A stretch of 64,000 nucleotides of DNA from Candidatus Hydrogenedens sp. (GCA_049968235.1 JBMFRC010000013.1:18422-82421); one strand, 5' to 3'; counted from the stretch's first letter, positions 40,313-49,992 are shown. Numbers and translations: made by a program. The notes: a model not told the origin generated them from the sequence alone.

Positions 40313-41455
40313 TTATTTCTCGATGGAGTCGATGGTCCCGGCACCTAATACGATATCGTTATCATAGAAAACTGCGGTTTGTCCCGGGGTAATTGCGGAT
40401 TGGGGTTCATCGAAAATAACATGGACGATTTTTCCATAGTCATCAACTTTTTCTAATTGTGCGGATGCAGGTTCATGGCGTAATCGTATCTTGCAGTGAA
40501 TTTTCATAGGTGTTTCGGGCACATCAGGAATGGAAACCCAATTGCAATCTATAACTTTCATGGTTTGTTTTAATAGAGCAGATTTACGACCTACAATAAC
40601 ACGGTTGTGAATGGGGTCCAATCCGACAACATAATACGGTTCACCGGCTCCCCCTATTCCCAGACCTTTGCGTTGACCAATGGTGTAATGGATAATTCCG
40701 TGATGTTTTCCTAAAACATGTCCCTGCTCATCCATAATATCTCCTTCTTTCACTTCATCTTCTTGAAATAGCACATCGTATTTATTGCTCTCTAAAAAAT
40801 CCTGACTTTCACTTTGTTCGGCAAGTTCTGGGAAGCCCGCGTTTCGTGCTAAAATTCGGATTTGTGTCTTGGTCAAATTGCCTAATGGGAAAACAATCTT
40901 TTTCAATTGTTCTTGTTGTAACATAGCCAGGAAATAACTCTGGTCTTTTTCTAAATCTACACCACGGAGCAATAAATATCGATTTTGCACAGGGTCAAAA
41001 TGGACACGGGCATAATGTCCCGTTGCAAAATAGTCAAAGGGGATACCCGCTTTTTGTGCTCGTTCTATCAGAAATCCGAATTTTATTGTGCGATTACAAC
41101 GAACGCACGGATTGGGTGTTCTACCGGAGAGATATTCCTGACGAAAATATTCTAATACTGCTTTATTGTATTCATCTGCGAGTCGGATAACATAAAAGGG
41201 AATTTCTAATCGTTTTGCGACGGATTGTGCCATTGCAATTTCCTGTTCTTCACCGGGACCGAAACATCCTTTTACACCAGTATCCTGCAATGGGAACCGA
41301 TTATCCCATAGAGACATAGTCAAACCGATAACTTCGCATCCCCGCCGTTTCAATAGCCAGACCGCCATAGAAGAATCCACTCCACCACTCATCCCTACCG
41401 CTACTTTTGCTCCTGGCGAAGGTAGTAAGTCTAATATTTGCTCCGCAAATTCCAC
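40313..41455 (-). CDS. mnmA: tRNA-specific 2-thiouridylase MnmA (GTG start)
   Basis: PP-loop VAVGMSGGVDSS, catalytic Cys positions; 380 aa. Confidence 0.9.
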   Translation of the reverse strand: MEFAEQILDLLPSPGAKVAVGMSGGVDSSMAVWLLKRRGCEVIGLTMSLWDNRFPLQDTGVKGCFGPGEEQEIAMAQSVAKRLEIPFYVIRLADEYNKAVLEYFRQEYLSGRTPNPCVRCNRTIKFGFLIERAQKAGIPFDYFATGHYARVHFDPVQNRYLLLRGVDLEKDQSYFLAMLQQEQLKKIVFPLGNLTKTQIRILARNAGFPELAEQSESQDFLESNKYDVLFQEDEVKEGDIMDEQGHVLGKHHGIIHYTIGQRKGLGIGGAGEPYYVVGLDPIHNRVIVGRKSALLKQTMKVIDCNWVSIPDVPETPMKIHCKIRLRHEPASAQLEKVDDYGKIVHVIFDEPQSAITPGQTAVFYDNDIVLGAGTIDSIEK

Positions 41456-41685
41456 TATTTCATTGCCCTTATAATTTTTTATTCAACGGATGAAATATTA
41501 TAAAAGGATATTTCTGAAAACACTAATTCTTCTTTTAAAAGTTTTTGCATACTCTAACCTTAATATAAAATAGGAACCCATAACCTCCGCTTTTACTACT
41601 TAAAGAACAAATAAATCTTATAAACATTCGCACATAATGTTTTTGGGGACATAAAAAATCTACTATTGTGGGGATTGTAAAAAAA

Positions 41686-41762
41686 TGGTGGGCGGTGCAG
41701 GACTCGAACCTGCGACCCCCTGCGTGTAAAGCAGATGCTCTAACCAGCTGAGCTAACCGCCC
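41686..41762 (-). tRNA. tRNA-Val (anticodon TAC), CCA encoded
   Basis: cloverleaf folded by hand: acceptor GGGCGGT/ACCGCCC, D-arm GCTC-AGCTGGTTA-GAGC, anticodon stem TCTGC/GCAGG with loop TTTACAC, T-arm GCAGG-TTCGAGT-CCTGC. Confidence 0.85.
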
Positions 41763-41880
41763 CTATTTACCCTAATAGGGACTAATATATTATCAAAATA
41801 AAAATACTGTTATCAATTTTCATAATTGTATTATTTCATTTTCCAGATTGAAAATAGCATATAGATAGAAGTTATCAATG

Positions 41881-43272
41881 TTACTCAGAAGGAGAAATCA
41901 TTTTGTAGGGGTTAACAATCTGGTCAAATTCTTGTTCCGTGATTAAGCCTGTTTTTAGTGCTTCTTCTTTGAGGGTAGTACCGTTTTTATGTGCATTACG
42001 GGCGATTTGAGCGGAAACTTCATAGCCAAGTTTTCTATTTAGTGCAGTTACTAACATTAATGAATTTTGAAGGTAGTATGCTAATTTTTTGCGGTTAGGC
42101 TGGAGACCGTTCAAGCAATTTTGAGTAAAGGACTGGCATGCATCGGATAGAAGATGTATAGATTGAAGGATATTATAGATAATCACAGGTTTGTAAACAT
42201 TGAGTTCAAATTGTCCTGATGAACCAGCAATGTTAATAGCTACATCATTTCCTATTACTTGAGCACATACCATTGTCATCATTTCGCATTGAGTTGGATT
42301 AACTTTACCGGGCATAATGGAGGAGCCGGGTTCGTTCTCTGGGAGGAACAATTCTGCAAGGCCACAACGAGGACCGCTTCCCATCAGTCGAATATCATTG
42401 GCAATTTTCATGCAGGAACAAGCGATTGTTTTTAATATACCGGAAAGCATAACCAGGGCATCATGTCCTGCTAATGCTTCAAATTTATTTTCTGCGGGTC
42501 GGAAAGGTTGTTGGGTTAATTCTGCAATATAAGCAACTGCTTTTTCTGCGAAACCTACGGGGGCATTTAATCCTGTCCCGACAGCAGTTCCACCCAATGC
42601 CAATTCATACAGGTCTTTTAAGGATAATTGTATACGATTCATATCTTGTTCGATTTGTCGTGCATAACCGGAGAATTCCTGTCCTAAGGTAATTGGTGTT
42701 GCATCCATCATGTGTGTTCTGCCTGTTTTCACTAAATCTTTGTATTCTTCGGATTTGCGGGCAAGTGATTTATAAAATTCGTCCAGTGCAGGAAGCAAAC
42801 GGTTACTCAATTCCAGAACTGTTGCTACATGCATTGCTGTTGGGAACACATCATTTGAGGATTGAGACATATTTACATGGTCATTGGGATGAATCGGTTT
42901 TTTTGTGCTATGAGGTGAACCTAAAATTTCATTAGCACGTGTTGATATAACTTCATTCACATTCATATTTGTTTGCGTTCCACTTCCTGTCTGCCAGACA
43001 TGCAGAGGAAACTGGTCGTCCCATTTTCCTGTGAGGATTTCATCAACCACAGTAGTGATAATTTCGCAATATTCCGATTTAAGTAAACCGAGGTCATGAT
43101 TCGCCTTTGCACAGGCTTTCTTTATAAGTGCCAATGCATATACAACCTCCATAGGCATTTTTTCTTTGCCCACAGAAAAAAATTGAAGTGAACGAACCGT
43201 CTGACTACCGTAGTAGGCATCAAGAGGCACTTGAACTTCACCCAATGCATCTTTCTCTATACGAAATTCCAT
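41881..43272 (-). CDS. fumC: class II fumarate hydratase
   Basis: signature GSSIMPGKVNPTQCE. Confidence 0.85.
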   Translation of the reverse strand: MEFRIEKDALGEVQVPLDAYYGSQTVRSLQFFSVGKEKMPMEVVYALALIKKACAKANHDLGLLKSEYCEIITTVVDEILTGKWDDQFPLHVWQTGSGTQTNMNVNEVISTRANEILGSPHSTKKPIHPNDHVNMSQSSNDVFPTAMHVATVLELSNRLLPALDEFYKSLARKSEEYKDLVKTGRTHMMDATPITLGQEFSGYARQIEQDMNRIQLSLKDLYELALGGTAVGTGLNAPVGFAEKAVAYIAELTQQPFRPAENKFEALAGHDALVMLSGILKTIACSCMKIANDIRLMGSGPRCGLAELFLPENEPGSSIMPGKVNPTQCEMMTMVCAQVIGNDVAINIAGSSGQFELNVYKPVIIYNILQSIHLLSDACQSFTQNCLNGLQPNRKKLAYYLQNSLMLVTALNRKLGYEVSAQIARNAHKNGTTLKEEALKTGLITEQEFDQIVNPYKMISPSE

Positions 43273-43429
43273 CCTTTTATCCCTTTATTTGATTGAATAA
43301 TTTATACTTCTTATCTATTTTACTTCAATGCTGTATGACGAATAAATCTTTTTGTAGAACTTATAGAGGAGGTGTCTATGCTTTTTTGTAAAAGAGAAGT
43401 TTTAATTGAATGTGTATAAATAAAGTAAA

Positions 43430-43458
43430 GGCACGGGGAAGTTTCGTTTCCCTGTGCC
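43430..43458 (-). terminator. rho-independent terminator downstream of the Hsp20 operon
   Basis: minus-strand RNA GGCACAGGGAA-loop-UUCCCCGUGCC followed by UUUACUUUAUUUAU. Confidence 0.55.
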
Positions 43459-43508
43459 CTTGTCCATGTTGTAATGCGGTGTAGTATTAATACGAACCTG
43501 TGTAGATA

Positions 43509-44000
43509 TTATCCGACTTTAATCTGGATACGGTGTGCTTTTGCAGATTCGCTCTTGGGCAGACGAATCTGTAAGACACCGTTTTTGTAATTTGCCTCGG
43601 CTTTCTCAGCGATAATCTCACAAGGCAAAGGAATAACGCGGGAGAAAGAACCATATTGACATTCCGCATAATAGTATGAACGGTCTTTCTTTTCCTGCTG
43701 GAATTTCTTTTCACCCCGCAGGATAAGTCTCTGCCCTTGAAGCTCAACCTTAAAATCGTTTTCAGATAAGCCGGGCATTTCTGCGTTAATAATAACTTCG
43801 TCATTGTTTTCTTCGACATCCACCGCAGGGAATGTAGTGGTATTAAACCAGTCGAAGAAAACAGGTTCATGCGTGAGCCAATTCCCCGAGTCCTTACGGG
43901 TTGTTAAGAAACGGTCAAACCAATTGTTGAGGGTTTGACGCAAATCATTTATCTTTTCTTTTATCTGGATAGGGACTAATGTGTTACGCATAAACCTCAC
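43509..44000 (-). CDS. Hsp20/alpha-crystallin family small heat shock protein (3rd of 3)
   Basis: alpha-crystallin domain, C-terminal I-x-I (IQIKV). Confidence 0.8.
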   Translation of the reverse strand: MRFMRNTLVPIQIKEKINDLRQTLNNWFDRFLTTRKDSGNWLTHEPVFFDWFNTTTFPAVDVEENNDEVIINAEMPGLSENDFKVELQGQRLILRGEKKFQQEKKDRSYYYAECQYGSFSRVIPLPCEIIAEKAEANYKNGVLQIRLPKSESAKAHRIQIKVG

Positions 44001-44056
44001 CTCCTTTTATTGTTCAAGTGGGCAGATTCGTTGTATGCGAACCTGCCCTTTTATTA

Positions 44057-44455
44057 TTAACTAACGGTAATCGGTATTTGTTTGGGTTTGGCTTCTTCTT
44101 TCTTGGGTAAGTGGATAATTAATACACCATTTTTCATTTCAGCCTTGATTTTCTCCTGGTCCGTCTTATCGCTTAACTGGAACTGACGGAAGTAAGGATA
44201 TAGGTCAAATTCCTGATAAGTCAGGTCGACATTCAAATTACTTTTTGCACCTGCTTTAATAGTCAGAATGTCGTTCTCCACCTGAATCTGGACATCCTCT
44301 TTCTGGACACCGGGCAAATCTGCGATGACAGTTAAGCCCTCGGCGGTTTCAAAGATGTCCACAGGTGGTCGGAGTGTCTTTGAACTGTCCCGTGTATCGG
44401 GAACATGTTTGGATTGTGTCTTGACGGGAATTGTTGTTTCTTTCATAGCCAACAC
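44057..44455 (-). CDS. Hsp20/alpha-crystallin family small heat shock protein (2nd of 3)
   Basis: alpha-crystallin domain. Confidence 0.8.
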   Translation of the reverse strand: MLAMKETTIPVKTQSKHVPDTRDSSKTLRPPVDIFETAEGLTVIADLPGVQKEDVQIQVENDILTIKAGAKSNLNVDLTYQEFDLYPYFRQFQLSDKTDQEKIKAEMKNGVLIIHLPKKEEAKPKQIPITVS

Positions 44456-44475
44456 CTCCTTTTTGTTATGGGTTA

Positions 44476-44940
44476 TTATTTTACACTTATTGATATTTGT
44501 TTGGGTTTTGCGGATTCGGCTTTAGGTAGAGTTAACAGAAGAATACCGTTCTTATACTCTGCTTTTACTTTGTCAGCATCTACTTCGACAGGAAGTGATA
44601 ATGTGCGGATAAATTTACCAGCACCACGCTCATTGCGATGGAATGCCTCCGGTTTTACATCCTTTATTGCAGGTTTCTCTCCTGCAATACGCACGGTATT
44701 ATTCAGCACGGAGACTTCCAACGACTCAGGGTCAATACCCGGAGCCAATGCCTCCACATAAACATTATCCTTATCCTCTGCAAGATTGACAAGAGGATAA
44801 GAGCGAGTGGAGACACCCGGCAAGAACGAGAAACGGAATGACGGGATGTCCCAGACATCCTCATTGAAAATACGGAACAAATCATCCATCTCGCGTCTGA
44901 GTTGCTCTAACTCTTGAATTGGGTCCCACCATCTTCTCAT
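44476..44940 (-). CDS. Hsp20/alpha-crystallin family small heat shock protein (1st of 3)
   Basis: alpha-crystallin domain; AAGGAGGT SD. Confidence 0.8.
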   Translation of the reverse strand: MRRWWDPIQELEQLRREMDDLFRIFNEDVWDIPSFRFSFLPGVSTRSYPLVNLAEDKDNVYVEALAPGIDPESLEVSVLNNTVRIAGEKPAIKDVKPEAFHRNERGAGKFIRTLSLPVEVDADKVKAEYKNGILLLTLPKAESAKPKQISISVK

Positions 44941-45005
44941 AGGTCATACCTCCTTTGGTTAAGGTTTACTTTTTTTCTATGTTATTCAATTTTCATATTG
45001 AATTT

Positions 45006-45021
45006 AGCAAACAGCATGCCA
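45006..45021 (-). promoter_or_regulatory. sigma-54 (-24/-12) promoter TGGCATG-N4-TTGCT driving the Hsp20 trio
   Basis: minus-strand TGGCATGCTGTTTGCT; GG and GC elements at the canonical 10-nt spacing, about 65 nt upstream of the first Hsp20 ATG. Confidence 0.55.
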
Positions 45022-45093
45022 GGTCGTAATGAACAAAAATCAATTGAAAATATGAAGGTTTATGCAGACCGTTCCTAAGACAAAAACGCTCCT

Positions 45094-45131
45094 GTTTCAT
45101 TTCTTTGCTGAAAAATGAAACATTCGTTTCA
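45094..45131. promoter_or_regulatory. candidate enhancer/UAS: overlapping inverted repeats GTTTCATT...AATGAAAC and TGAAAC-N4-GTTTCA about 75-125 nt upstream of the sigma-54 -24 element
   Basis: read directly from the sequence; position is typical of bEBP binding sites. Confidence 0.4.
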
Positions 45132-45290
45132 CTATGCTACGAAAAACCATGCCCAACCCTGGCTGATTTGTCCGACCTGTATGACCCTAAACTTAACTAC
45201 AAGATTTTAAATACAATGCAAAATATGTTATCATATGTATAATCCCTCTAAATTTATCCCATTCAGCAATATAAATCAGGTGTTTTTTTT

Positions 45291-45644
45291 ATGTGGTATC
45301 GTTCTATTCCAATTATTTTGTTGATATTATCCAATCTGTTCATGACTTACGCATGGTATGGACACTTAAAAGATTTAAAAAACAAACCTTTGTTTATGGC
45401 AATTGTATTCAGTTGGTGTGTGGCATTTTTTGAGTATTGTCTGCAAGTTCCTGCCAACCGTATCGGATTTCAGTTCCTAAATTTAAGTCAGTTAAAAGTT
45501 CTTCAAGAAGTAATTACAATGATTGTGTTTGCTATATTTTCTGTCGTATATATGAAAGAGCAAATCCGCATGGATTTTGTATGGGCATCATTATGTCTGG
45601 TCGGTGCTGTATATTTTATGTTCCGCGGTATGTTCGTTCATTAA
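45291..45644 (+). CDS. small DMT-superfamily membrane protein (DUF486-like)
   Basis: 117 aa, 4 TM helices. Confidence 0.5.
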   Translation: MWYRSIPIILLILSNLFMTYAWYGHLKDLKNKPLFMAIVFSWCVAFFEYCLQVPANRIGFQFLNLSQLKVLQEVITMIVFAIFSVVYMKEQIRMDFVWASLCLVGAVYFMFRGMFVH

Positions 45645-46414
45645 TCTGCAAGATTATCCCATACGGATAGAAAAGGAGATTGCTGGAGGATATCCAGGAC
45701 GCCTAAAATGTCGGGGTAGGGAGAGATGTAATCGGCGTATTCTTTTATTTCTTTATGTGCATTGGCAGGGCACGCAAAGAAACCTACCTGTTCTCGAATA
45801 GCCATATCACCTAAGGTATCTCCAATTCCTACTGCTTCATTTCGGTTCGAACCTAATTCGTTCAATATAATCTTTATGGCTTCACCTTTATTGACGCCGG
45901 CAAGTGAAATATTTAAGTAGTAGTGGCTCGGTTGAATAACTAATTCCGGTCCTCCCTGTTGTTTAACAAAATCGTTGATTGCATCTATCATTTCCTGAAA
46001 CAATTCTGGTTTCTGGCTAAACAAAGAAAGTTGTGCCTCTTTACCAAACTGATAAATAACTTCGGGTTGGCTGGGTAAAAGTTTTTTTTCTATAAACCCC
46101 CTCAGATTGCGTAATCTCTGGATTTTCTCTGGCGTTACGCCGGGACCGAATCGTGATAAATTGTCCTTTAAGGTGTATATCACTGCACCATTTTCACATA
46201 CAAGGGGAGCTCGCAAATCAAAAATTTTTGCCCATACTTCTACATACGGCTGAGGTCTGCCTGTGCATAGAATTAATGGCACAGGATAAAAATTGTTTCT
46301 CTTCCTTTCATAAAAAAACTCGGCTAATTGTTTAAAGGTTTCCCAATCCCATGCTTCTGAGGTTTCCGGAGAGAGACAACCATCAATATCACTTACTATC
46401 CAGCGATAACTCAC
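45641..46414 (-). CDS. HAD-IIB family sugar-phosphate phosphatase-like hydrolase
   Basis: motif I VSDIDGCL, motif IV GIGDTLGDMAI. Confidence 0.65.
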   Translation of the reverse strand: MSYRWIVSDIDGCLSPETSEAWDWETFKQLAEFFYERKRNNFYPVPLILCTGRPQPYVEVWAKIFDLRAPLVCENGAVIYTLKDNLSRFGPGVTPEKIQRLRNLRGFIEKKLLPSQPEVIYQFGKEAQLSLFSQKPELFQEMIDAINDFVKQQGGPELVIQPSHYYLNISLAGVNKGEAIKIILNELGSNRNEAVGIGDTLGDMAIREQVGFFACPANAHKEIKEYADYISPYPDILGVLDILQQSPFLSVWDNLAD

Positions 46415-46480
46415 AAAAAGACTCCTTCTTTATTTTTTTATGATAAACATCTGTAAAAACGATAAACGGATTGTCGTTTT

Positions 46481-46882
46481 TCACTTAATTCTTTGTCTAA
46501 ATTTATTGGATATACTAACAATAATAACGGATAGTATACCAATGATAAAGTAAAATACAACGGAAGGGAAACACAGCATCTCAAAGTCACTACCATTTGC
46601 AAAGTTAAAGAATCGGACAGACATATAGGATTCCATTAAAATTGAATTTCTAATTACTAATAGATCGCTAACTACATAGGAGCCGATAAGAACAAAGAAT
46701 TTTCCCCAAAGTCTAAATTGGTTCCAGAGATTAGTTTTCGCATTTAGAAATCCCAAAGTAAATGTGAATATACCGATGATAATAGAGGCTCCAAAATATC
46801 TAATATACGAGGAGAGATAAACAGGAATAGGAAATATAAATAAAATAAATGGATGATAAAGAAGGCAATAAACCATCCCCAC
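46481..46882 (-). CDS. hypothetical integral membrane protein
   Basis: 133 aa, 4 hydrophobic helices. Confidence 0.4.
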   Translation of the reverse strand: MGMVYCLLYHPFILFIFPIPVYLSSYIRYFGASIIIGIFTFTLGFLNAKTNLWNQFRLWGKFFVLIGSYVVSDLLVIRNSILMESYMSVRFFNFANGSDFEMLCFPSVVFYFIIGILSVIIVSISNKFRQRIK

Positions 46883-46999
46883 ATTATCATAATAAAATAA
46901 AAACCGGGATTTCAGATATAGTTCATCATTATTATTTAGGAAATTCTTTAACTAAAAGTGGAATTCTCTGTCAGGTTAAGAGATTTTTGGGGGATTTAT

Positions 47000-47449
47000 T
47001 TATGGTATTGGTAAGAATGGAAACCACTGTTTAAAAAATTCAATGGCTTCTGGATCATGTTCTGTTGCGGAGATAACATATTTGCCATACGCACCACCGC
47101 CAAAAGCATAATACCCGAATGCGCCACCACCTATGGCTATAATTCCTATCACTGCACCACCTATGACAACAGCACCGACACCGAAACCACCCATTGCGAT
47201 AATACCCAGAGAAAGGCCACCTATAGAGATAATGCCGATAGATACCCCACCGAATGTAACAATACCAACAGCCAGTCCACCAATAGCAATCCAGCCTCTG
47301 GCAACATCACCGATAGCAATAATGCCGTTAGCATAACCTCGTATTTCATTCTTCTCTAAATCAGGACCAATAGCAATAGTAATCAGTGGAAGCCCGAAAA
47401 CAGTTATGTTTGACTGCTTACGAATACCTTGGAGCATTTTCTTTCCCAT
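47000..47449 (-). CDS. glycine-zipper repeat protein (seven 10-residue x3GxxxxGG repeats)
   Basis: AAGGAAA SD; repeat region encoded by a 30-bp tandem DNA repeat. Confidence 0.5.
   Translation of the reverse strand: MGKKMLQGIRKQSNITVFGLPLITIAIGPDLEKNEIRGYANGIIAIGDVARGWIAIGGLAVGIVTFGGVSIGIISIGGLSLGIIAMGGFGVGAVVIGGAVIGIIAIGGGAFGYYAFGGGAYGKYVISATEHDPEAIEFFKQWFPFLPIP
47084..47338. repeat. about 30-bp in-frame tandem repeat (about 7-8 units) encoding the xxxGxxxxGG decapeptide repeats
   Basis: the repetitive DNA leaves long ORFs open in several frames on both strands (47057-47359, 47133-47336). Confidence 0.55.
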
Positions 47450-47563
47450 ATTTTTCCTTTATTTACTATACACTAATTATAACCTATAAGGTGCAGGTTA
47501 TCAAGAATTTTTTTTGGATGGTGATTAAATAATTTTTAATGAAACTATTGGAACGGATTTTAC

Positions 47564-48274
47564 TCACTCCTGCTGACAGAAAAGGAATGAAACCCAAGAA
47601 CATAAATCGTCAATAGTTCCTAGGGTATACAATGATGTTATGAAAGGTATAGATTCGAAAGGGGCATTAATACCATAAGTATCCATTATCAATGTCTGGA
47701 ATGCATAGGTCTGAACTACGAGTGTAGATAATGAATCTATTAGCCCTTGAATTTGAGGTTCCTGGTCGGAACGAAATGTGAGCATAGGCGTAGTAGTGTA
47801 ACCGCAGAGTTTTTCCGGAGTTTCTTCTACCTGCCAGTTGTTCATCAAAGACAACCAATAAGACCATATCTCCCAATATTCTTGTTCGCTCACTTCTCCG
47901 CAGGTTGTCTCACTGCATAATTTCGTTGTCCACTCACTAACGGGGATAGGTCCATCCTGTATGGACAGGTCTATAATACAGACATTCCCTTCGACATTTA
48001 TAACGACCGCATGATGATAGGGCCAATAAACATGTATGGGTTCGTTGGGAAAAGTAATATCATTTGTTGATATAAAATTCTGAAACACAATCAGAGGACC
48101 CGTAATGTTTATGGATGCCACATCTATATACGGTTGAGCGAGTACTTGCTGAATTTTTGTTTCTGTCAAGTCATTCGTGTCAAGTATCACATCCGTTTCG
48201 GGAATAGGGTCGGGCGTCGAAGCAATTAAATATTGCAATAAAAGGCTTCGCTCCTGACAGGACTGGTTTATCAT
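47564..48274 (-). CDS. hypothetical protein; the frame stays open upstream to 48481 and probably forms the C-terminal part of a frameshifted PASTA lipoprotein gene
   Basis: hand translation shows no stop in this frame from 48481 to 48274, overlapping the 3-prime end of the PASTA ORF. Confidence 0.4.
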   Translation of the reverse strand: MINQSCQERSLLLQYLIASTPDPIPETDVILDTNDLTETKIQQVLAQPYIDVASINITGPLIVFQNFISTNDITFPNEPIHVYWPYHHAVVINVEGNVCIIDLSIQDGPIPVSEWTTKLCSETTCGEVSEQEYWEIWSYWLSLMNNWQVEETPEKLCGYTTTPMLTFRSDQEPQIQGLIDSLSTLVVQTYAFQTLIMDTYGINAPFESIPFITSLYTLGTIDDLCSWVSFLFCQQE

Positions 48275-48411
48275 GGACCACGCTATTGGGACAAGAATTC
48301 CATCTTCAGAACGAATTTTTGCCTTTCTTACATAACTTGCGACACGAGTTGCTTTTTCACGGGTAATTGGATGCAGTCCGTAAGGGTTGGGCTTCCTGCC
48401 CAGGGAAATGG

Positions 48412-48849
48412 TTATATTAACTTTACTCCCAAAAATAACTTTGGTCCCAAATTTAGGCTCTGAGGATAAATATCTGAAAACTCACGAGAAATAGTTCCCA
48501 CTTTCAGAGAAGATTGATGAAGTATATCGATACCATCTTTTTGTGTTATTCCGATGATATACGGAACACTAACTTTATCTGAACCTCGAGAAATTACAAG
48601 TGTGACTTTTATTCCTTCATCTACCTTTGAACCACCAGCGGGGTCCTGACTTATTACATGGTTCTCAGCAACATCATCCGAATACATATACATTACGGAT
48701 ATAGAATAAAAACCTGCAGACCGAATTTCATCCATAGCCATACTTTCCGGATAACCAACAACATTTGGAAGTGTAATGATTTTGGGGCAGGCAGAACAAA
48801 GAACACACATAACTATCAGGAGAAAAAACTGTTTAATGTATTTATTCAT
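48412..48849 (-). CDS. lipoprotein with two PASTA domains (possibly truncated by a frameshift)
   Basis: lipobox LCSAC; two blocks resembling PASTA (PNVVGYPESMAMDEIRSAGF..., VSVPYIIGITQKDGIDILHQSSLKVG...). Confidence 0.5.
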   Translation of the reverse strand: MNKYIKQFFLLIVMCVLCSACPKIITLPNVVGYPESMAMDEIRSAGFYSISVMYMYSDDVAENHVISQDPAGGSKVDEGIKVTLVISRGSDKVSVPYIIGITQKDGIDILHQSSLKVGTISREFSDIYPQSLNLGPKLFLGVKLI

Positions 48850-48974
48850 GTTATATTACCCCATTAATCTATATTTTTCAGATTTATATATTGTAATATT
48901 AATTAACTATAATATTACAATATTTTAATGTTTTGTTATATTTTTTTGATATACAAGAATAGAAAAGGAAGGTT

Positions 48975-49772
48975 ATGAATTGTTCCGTTTGCAATAAAAA
49001 TCAGCCAGTTGCAAAATGTTCTTTTTGTGGTGGTGTAATATGTAGAACTTGCGGGATTTTGTGTCCTTCCTGTAAAAAGCCTATATGCAGGTCGCATCTG
49101 ATTCGGTTACCCGACGGTAAAATTGCGTGCCGTTTATGTGCAGTCCCAGAACAGATATTGTCATCTCCAAAGACAGCAGGAACGCAAAAAATTTCTCATC
49201 CACCAATTATCTCTGAAAAGAAGGAAGAGAAAGTATCTCTTAGTTTTGAGGATTTAATGTCCGAGATGGGCGATATTCGTATTAAAATTTCAGACGAGTC
49301 CAATGGAGAAAAAAGACCTGAGGATAAAAAAGGCTTGATAGGGGCCACAGAAGAGATTATGGAAAAAGAAACGATAAAAGACCCCTTTTCTGTAAGTGCG
49401 GGACCTCAAGAAAAAGAAGATACTGCTCCTGTTGGTTATAAACACTTAAAACGGAAACCCAGTGATGACCCTAATGAATTTCGAATATTGACAGCAAGTT
49501 CCCCAAAACCAACGCCCATGTGGGTAAGTGGATTAATAAGTGCAATTTTAGCAGTTATACTTTCTATCCCTCTTGTGAAAAATAGTCAATCCCCGTTTTT
49601 CCCGTCTTTTTTTTCTTATTCTGTAATCCTCTTATCTGGAGGTTCTGCTTTCTGGAACGGGTATGGTCTGTTTTGGACAGAGGATAATGCTTTTAATAGG
49701 CTGATGTGTATCCCGGGAATAATTCTGGCATTTATTGCAATTGGAATAGGAATTTTCTTCGGTTTAAGATAA
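48975..49772 (+). CDS. membrane protein with N-terminal Cys-rich double zinc-ribbon
   Basis: CSVC..CSFCGGVICRTCGILCPSCKKPICRSH...CRLC followed by a low-complexity linker and 3 TM helices. Confidence 0.5.
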   Translation: MNCSVCNKNQPVAKCSFCGGVICRTCGILCPSCKKPICRSHLIRLPDGKIACRLCAVPEQILSSPKTAGTQKISHPPIISEKKEEKVSLSFEDLMSEMGDIRIKISDESNGEKRPEDKKGLIGATEEIMEKETIKDPFSVSAGPQEKEDTAPVGYKHLKRKPSDDPNEFRILTASSPKPTPMWVSGLISAILAVILSIPLVKNSQSPFFPSFFSYSVILLSGGSAFWNGYGLFWTEDNAFNRLMCIPGIILAFIAIGIGIFFGLR

Positions 49773-49783
49773 GGATTTATATT

Positions 49784-49888
49784 ATGGACATAGGTCAAAT
49801 TATTCAATTTTTAATTGACTATAAGTGGACAATTGCGGTTCTGATACCCGTAGTATTAGCTATCATTATTGTAAAAATTCGCGGATAA
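49784..49888 (+). CDS. possible 34-aa single-TM peptide
   Basis: AAGGA SD 8 nt upstream of ATG; MDIGQIIQFLIDYKWTIAVLIPVVLAIIIVKIRG. Confidence 0.25.
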   Translation: MDIGQIIQFLIDYKWTIAVLIPVVLAIIIVKIRG

Positions 49889-49992
49889 TTCTTTTTTATT
49901 ATATATTAGTGCAAATATTTCCTTATTTTTTTGTTATTTGTTATTTATTTGTTTTACAATCATTTCAAATTGTTTATGAGGAGAGTTTATTG

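Noticed and set aside
43487-43870. 127-aa ORF overlapping the third Hsp20 gene in another frame
   Set aside because: the Hsp20 frame has the alpha-crystallin domain and an SD; the overlapping frame is a basic low-complexity artefact
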